Source: the human T2T-CHM13v2.0 reference genome, Homo sapiens. Taken from it: DNA of 64,000 nucleotides. A program made the translations under genes and the position numbers. Positions within the stretch are counted from its first letter, which is position 1, and each line of letters starts with the position of its first letter. This document shows, piece after piece, positions 57,545 through 64,000 of the stretch. The stretch lies in the NCBI RefSeq assembly GCF_009914755.1, contig NC_060933.1. One strand, given 5' to 3'. The notes under the pieces were generated by a model, which saw only the letters and a list, made by a program, of their open reading frames with translations, ran no database searches and was not told the DNA's origin.

Positions 57545-60500
57545 ACCCGAATAGAATGGAATGGAATGGAATGGAACGGAACGGAACGGAACGGAACGGA
57601 ATGGAATGGAATGGAATGGAACGGAAAGGAATGGAATGGAATGGAATGGAATGGAATGGAATCAACGCGAGTGCAGGGGAATGGAATGGAATGGAATGCA
57701 ATGGAATGGAAGCTTCCGGAATGGAATGGAATGGAATGGAATGGAATGGAATGGAATGGAATGGAATAAACCCGAGTGCAATGGAATGGAGTGGAATGGA
57801 ATGGAATGGAATGGAACAACCCGAATGGAATGGAATGTAATGGAGAGTAAGGGAGTTGAATAGAGTCAATCCGAATGTAATGGAATGGAATGGAACGGAA
57901 TGGAATTGAATGGAATGGAATGGAATGCAATGGAATGGAATCAACCCGAGTGCAATGGAATGGAGAGGAATGGAATGGAATGGAATGGAAACTACCCGAA
58001 TGGAATGGAATGTAATGGAGTGTAAGGGAATTGAATAGAATCAATCCGAATGTAATGGAATGGAATGGAACGGAATGGAATGGAATGGAATGGAATGGAA
58101 TGGAATGGAATTAACCCGAGTGCAATCGAATGGAATCGAATGGAATGGAATGCAATGGAATGGATTCAACTTGAATGGAATGGAAAGAATGGAATCAACA
58201 CGAGTGGAAGGGCATGGATTGGAATGCAATGGAATGGAATCTACTCGAGTACAGGGGAATGGAATGGAATGGAATGCAATGGAATGGAATCATCCGTAAT
58301 GGAATGGAAAGGAATGGAATGGAATGGAATGGAATGGAATGGAATGGAATCAACTCGATTGCAGTCGAATGGAATGGAATGGAATCAACCCAACTGCAGG
58401 GGAATGGAATGGAATGGAATGCAATGGAATGGATTCAACTTGAATGGAATGGAAAGAATGGAATGGAATGGAATGGAATGGAATGGAATGGAATGGAATG
58501 GAATCAACTCGATTGCAATGGAATGGAATGGAATGGAATGGAATGGAATGGAATGGAATCAACTCGATTGCAATGGAGTGGAATGGAATGGAAACGAATG
58601 GAAGGGAATGGAATGGAATGTAATCAACACGAGTGCAGTGGAATGGATTGGAATGGAATGCAATGGAATGGAATCATCCGGAATGGAATGGAATGGAATG
58701 GAATGGAATGGAATGGAATCAACTCGATTGCAATGGAATGGAATGGAATGGAATTAACCCGAATAGAATGGAATGGAATGGAATGGAACGGAACGGAACG
58801 GAATGGAATGGAATGGAATGGAATGGAACGGAAAGGAATGGAATGGAATGGAATGGAATGGAATGGAATGGAATCAATGCGAGTGCAGGGGAATGGAATG
58901 GAATGGAATGCAATGGAATGGAATCATCCGGAATGGAATGGAATGGAATGGAATGGAATCAACCCGAGTGCAATGGAATGGAGTGGAATGGAATGGAATG
59001 GAATGGAACAACCCGAATGGAATGGAATGTAATGGAGAGTAAGGGAGTTGAATAGAATCAATCCGAATGTAATGGAATGGAATGCAACGGAATAGAATGG
59101 AATGGAATGCAATGGAATGCAATCAACCCGAGTACAATGGAATGGAATGGAATGGAATGGAATGGAATGGAATGGAATGGAATGCCTTCAAACCGAATGG
59201 AATGGAAATGAATGGAATCAACACGAGTGGAATGGAATGGAATGGAATGGAATGATACGGAATAGAATGGAATGGAACGAAATGGAATGGAATGGAATGG
59301 AATGGAATGGAATGGAATGGATTGGAATCGTTCCGAGTGGAATAGGAGGGAATGTATTCGAGTGGAATGGAAAGGAATGGAATCAACCAGAGTGGAATGG
59401 AAGGGAATGGAATGGAATGGAAACTAATAGAATGGAATCAACCCGAGTGGAATGGAATGGAAAGGACTGGAATGGAATGGAATGGAATGGAATGGAATGG
59501 AATCAATTCGATTGTAATGGAATGGAATGGAATGGAATGGAATGGAATGGAATGGAATGGAATTAACCCGAATACAATGGAATGGAATGGAATGGAACGG
59601 AATGGAGTGGAATGGAATGGAATCAACCCGAGTGCAGGGGAATGGAATGGAATGGAATGCAATGGAATGGAATCATCCGGAATGGAATGGAATGGAATGG
59701 AATGCAAAGCAATGGAATCAACTCGATTGCAATGGAATGGAATGGAATGGAAAGGAATACATTGGAATCAACACGAGTGGAATGGAATGGAAAGGACTGG
59801 AATGGAGTGGAATGGAATGGAATGGAATGGAATGGAATCAACTCGATTGGAATGGAATGGAATGGAATGGAATGGAATGGAATTAACCCGAATAGAATGG
59901 AATGGAATGGAATGGAACGGAACGGAACGGAACGGAACGGAATGGAATGGAATGGAATGGAATGGAAAGGAATGGAATCAACCCGACTGCAGGGGAATGG
60001 AATGGAATGGAATGCAATGGAATGAATTCAACTTGAATGGAATGGAAAGAATGGAATCAACACGAGTGGAATGGCATGGATTGGAATGGAATGGAATGGA
60101 ATGAACCCGAGTACAGGGGAATGGAATGGAATGGAATGCAATGGAATGGAATCATCCGTAATGGAATGGAAAGGAATGGAATGGAATGGAATGGAATGGA
60201 ATGGAATGGAATGGAATGGAATCAACTCGATTGCAATCGAATGGAATGGAATGGAATTAACCCGAATAGAATGGAATGGAATGGAATGGAACGGAACGGA
60301 ACGGAATGGAATGGAATGGAATGGAATGGAATGCAATGGAATGGAACGGAAAGGAATGGAATGGAATGGAATGGAATGGAATGGAATGGAATGGAATGGA
60401 ATCAACGCGAGTGCAGGGGAATGGAATGGAATGGAATGCAATGGAATGGAATCTTCCGGAATGGAATGGAATGGAATGGAATGGAATGGAATGGAATAAA

Positions 60501-63500
60501 CCCGAGTGCAATGGAATGGAGTGGAATGGAATGGAATGGAATGGAACAGCCCGAATGGAATGGAATGTAATGGAGAGTAAGGGAGTTGAATAGAATCAAT
60601 ACGAATGTAATGGAATGGAATGAAACGGAATGGAATTGAATGGAATGGAATGGAATGCAATGGAATGGAATCAACCCGAGTGCAATGGAATGGAGAGGAA
60701 TGGAATGGAATGGAATGGAAACTACCCGAATGGAATGGAATGTAATGGAGTGTAAGGGAATTGAATAGAATCAATCCGAATGGAATGCAATGGAATGGAA
60801 CGGAATGGAATGGAATGGAATGGAATGCAATGGAATGGAATCAACCCGAGTGCAATCGAATGGAATCGAATGGAATGGAATGCAATGGAATGGATTCAAC
60901 TTGAATGGAATGGAAAGAATGGAATCAACACGAGTGGAAGGGCATGGATTGGAATGCAATGGAATGGAATCAACCCGAGTACAGGGGAATGGAATGGAAT
61001 GGGATGCAATGGAATGGAATCATCCGTAATGGAATGGAAAGGAATGGAATGGAATGGAATGGAATGGAATGGAATGGAATGGAATGGAATCAACACGATT
61101 GCAATCGAATGGAATGGAATGGAAATAACCCGAATAGAATGGAATGGAATGGAATGGAATGGAATGGAACGGAATGGAATGGAATAGAATCAACCCGAGT
61201 GCAGGGGAATGGAATGGAATGGAATGCAATGGAATGGAATCATCCGGAATGGAATGGAATGGAATGGAATGCAAAGCAATGGAATCAACTCGATTGCAAT
61301 GGAATGCAATGGAATGGAAAGGAATACATTGGAATCAACCCGAGTGGAATGGAATGGAAAGGACTGGAATGGAGTGGAATGGAATGGAATGGAATGGAAT
61401 GGAATCAACTCGATTGGAATGGAATGGAATGGAATGGAATGGAATGGAATGGAATTAACCCGAATAGAATGGAATGGAATGGAGTGGAAACTACCCGAAT
61501 GGAATGGAATGCAATGGAATGGAATCAACCCGAGTGCAATGGAATGGAAAGAAATGGAATGGAATGGAGTGGAAACTACCCGAATGGAATGGAATGTAAT
61601 GGAGAGTAAGGGAATTGAATAGAATCCATCCGAATGTAATGGAAAGGAATGGAACGGAATGGAATGGAATGGAATGGAATGGAATGGAATGGAATGGAAT
61701 GGAAAGGAATGCAATGGAATGGAATCAACCCGAGTGCAATCGAATGGAATCGAATGGAATGGAATGCAATGGAATGGAATCAACTCGATTGCAATCGAAT
61801 GGAATGGAATGGAATTAACCCAAATAGAATGGAATGGAACGGAATGGAAAGGAACGGAATGGAATGGAATGGAAAGGAATGTAATGGAATGGAATGGAAC
61901 GGAACGGAATGGAATGGAATGGAATGGAATGGAATCAACGCGAGTGCAGGGGAATGGAATGGAATGGAATGCAATGGAATGGAATGGAATGGGATCAACG
62001 CGAGTGCAGGGGAATGGAATGGAATGGAATGCAATGGAATGGAATCTTCCGGAATGGAATGGAATGGAATGGAATGGAATGAAATGCAATGGATTCAACT
62101 CGATTGCAATGGAATGGAATAGAATGGAAAGGAATGGAATGGAATGGAATGAACCCGAATAGAATGGAATGGAATGCAATGGAACGGAATGGAACGGAAT
62201 GGAATGGAATGGAATGGAATGGAATGGCATGGAATGGAATGGAATGGTACGGAATAGAATGGAATGTAACGAATTGTAATGGAATGGAATTGAATGGAAT
62301 GGAATGGAATCAACGCGAGTGCAGGGGAATGTAATGCAACGGAATGCAATGGAATGGAATCATCCGGAATGGAATGGAATGGAATGGAATGGAATGGAAT
62401 GGAATGGAATCAACCCGAGTGCAATGGAATGGAGTGGAATGGAATGGAATGGAATGGAACAACCCGAATGGAATGGAATGTAATGGAATGAAAGGGAGTT
62501 GAATAGAATCAATCCGAATGTAATGGAATGGAATGCAACGGAATGGAATGGAATGGAATGCAATGGATAGCAATCAACCCGAGTACAATGGAATGGAATG
62601 GAATGGAATGGAATGGAATGGAATGGAATGGAATGCCTTCAAAACGAATGGAATGGAAAGGAATGGAATCAACACGAGTGGAATGGAATGGAATGGAATG
62701 GAATGATACGGAATAGAATGGAATGGAAAGAAATGGAATGGAATGGAATGGAATGGAATGGAAAGGAATGGAATGGAATGGAATCGTTCCGAGTGGAATA
62801 GGAGGGAATGTATTCGAGTGGAATGGAAAGGAATGGAATCAACCAGAGTGGAATGGAAGGGAATGGAATGGAATGGAAACTAATAGAATGGAATTAACCC
62901 GAGTGGAATGGAATGGAAAGGACTGGAATGGAATGGAATGGAAACGTATCAACTCGATTGTAATGGAATGGAATGGAATGGAATGGAATGGAATGGAATT
63001 AACCCCAATAAAATGGAATGGAATGGAATGGAATGGAATGGAGTGGAATGGAATGGAATCAACCCGAGTGCAGGGGAATGGAATGGAATGGAATGCAATG
63101 GAATGGAATTATCCGGTATGGAATGGAATGGAATGGAATGCAAAGCAATGGAATCAACTCGATTGCAATGGAATGGAATGCAATGGAAAGGAATACATTG
63201 GAATCAACCCGAGTGGAATGGAATGGAAACGACTGGAATGGAGTGGAATGGAATGGAATGGAATGGAATGGAATCAACTCGATTGGAATGGAATGGAATG
63301 GAATGGAATAGAATTGAATGGAATGGAATCAACCCGACTGCAGGGGAATGGAATGGAATGGAATGCAATGGAATGGATTCAACTTGAATGGAATGGAAAG
63401 AATGGAATCAACACGAGTGGAATGGCATGGATTGGAATGGAATGGAATGGAATGAACCCGAGTACAGGGGAATGGAATGGAATGGAATGCAATGGAATGG

Positions 63501-64000
63501 AATCATCCGTAATGGAATGGAAAGGAATGGAATGGAATGGAATGGAATGGAATGGAATGGAATGGAATGGAATCAACTCGATTGCAATGGAATGGAATGG
63601 AATGGAATTAACCCGAATAGAATGGAATGGAATGGAATGACACGGAACGGAACGGAATGGAATGGAATGGAATGGAATGGAATGGAATGGAATGGAACGG
63701 AAAGGAATGGAATGGAATGGAATGGAATGGAATGGAATGGAATCAACGCGAGGGCAGGGGAATGGAATGGAATGGAATGCAATGGAATGGAATCTTCCGG
63801 AATGGAATGGAATGGAATGGAATGGAATGGAATGGAATGGAATGGAATGGAATGGAATAAACCCGAGTGCAATGGAATGGAGTGGAATGGAATGGAGTGG
63901 AACGGAATGGAATGGAATGGAACAGCCCGAATGGAATGGAATGGAATATAATGGAGAGTAAGGTAGTTGAATAGAATCAATCCGAATGTAATGGAATGGA
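57545..64000 (-). repeat. Overlapping direct repeats at ~2.73-kb and ~3.35-3.45-kb offsets
   Basis: 57545-58350 vs 60255-61090 (ORFs 58060/60790 and 58041/60771, offset 2730); ~59100-60600 vs ~62550-63990 (ORFs 60037/63388; private GGAATGAACCCGAGTAC and GGAACAGCCCGAAT). Confidence 0.82.

Larger units (their letters stand above)
38971..63803. promoter_or_regulatory. Dispersed perfect heat-shock elements (GAAnnTTCnnGAA), right arm, ~11 sites
   Basis: First GAA at about 38972, 39820, 41516, 42444, 46375, 48246, 57029, 57709, 60449, 62042, 63790. Confidence 0.6.
35521..64000 (-). repeat. Human satellite III (HSat3B-type) array, inverted G-rich (GAATG)n orientation
   Basis: Continuous GGAAT pentamers with CAACCCGAGT / CAACTCGAT / CAACGCGAGT motifs, the reverse complement of the left-arm vocabulary. 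Confidence 0.97.

Noticed and set aside
1-64000. Hundreds of ORFs up to 392 aa (MEWNG- and IPFHS-repeat peptides)
   Set aside because: (GGAAT)n and (ATTCC)n contain no stop codon in any frame and GGAAT supplies ATG constantly; the ORFs overlap in all six frames, have no domain content and end at random variant stops. Used only as alignment markers.
1-64000. CRISPR-like pattern of regularly recurring conserved motifs
   Set aside because: The intervening segments are the repetitive pentamer rather than unique spacers, spacing is variable, and there is no leader or cas gene.
7000-64000. Perfect whole-window palindrome or fold-back sequencing artefact
   Set aside because: The arms are not mirror copies: sequence next to the junction differs after 17 bp and inverted matches fall on several different anti-diagonals with substitutions.
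1-64000. HSat2 or DYZ1 (3.6-kb Y satellite) assignment, or a single fixed HOR
   Set aside because: Lacks the dense CATTCGATTC/ATGATG pattern of HSat2 and shows no constant 3.6-kb or other period; offsets vary from 0.9 to 7 kb.
35521-64000. Canonical G-quadruplex motifs on the G-rich strand
   Set aside because: G-tracts are almost all GG with isolated GGGG; no cluster of four G3+ runs was seen. Non-canonical GGA-mismatch hairpins are a known general property of the repeat, not a local feature.

Overview
The whole window is one classical human/hominid satellite III (HSat3, B-type) array: diverged (CATTC)n/(GAATG)n pentamers punctuated roughly every 45-70 bp by CAACCCGAGT-family motifs, resembling the chr9q12 pHuR98-type satellite (assignment from recalled sequence, unverified). 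I see no genes, transposon insertions, RNA genes or CRISPR arrays; every ORF in the track is a translation artefact of stop-free pentamers (MEWNG/IPFHS). The main structure is one strand switch at 35,520-35,524 (C-rich left arm, G-rich right arm) with a 2-4 bp microhomology and a 17-bp hairpin, embedded in a distinct, more diverged ~2.9-kb core. Both arms are mosaics of nested recent duplications (~0.9, 1.46, 2.7, 3.1, 3.4, 5.65, 7 kb), with kb-scale blocks shared in inverted orientation between the arms. One recurrent variant (TTCCGGAAGATTC) forms ~34 perfect three-unit heat-shock elements. Coordinates and counts were read by eye or taken from ORF-track offsets and are approximate.
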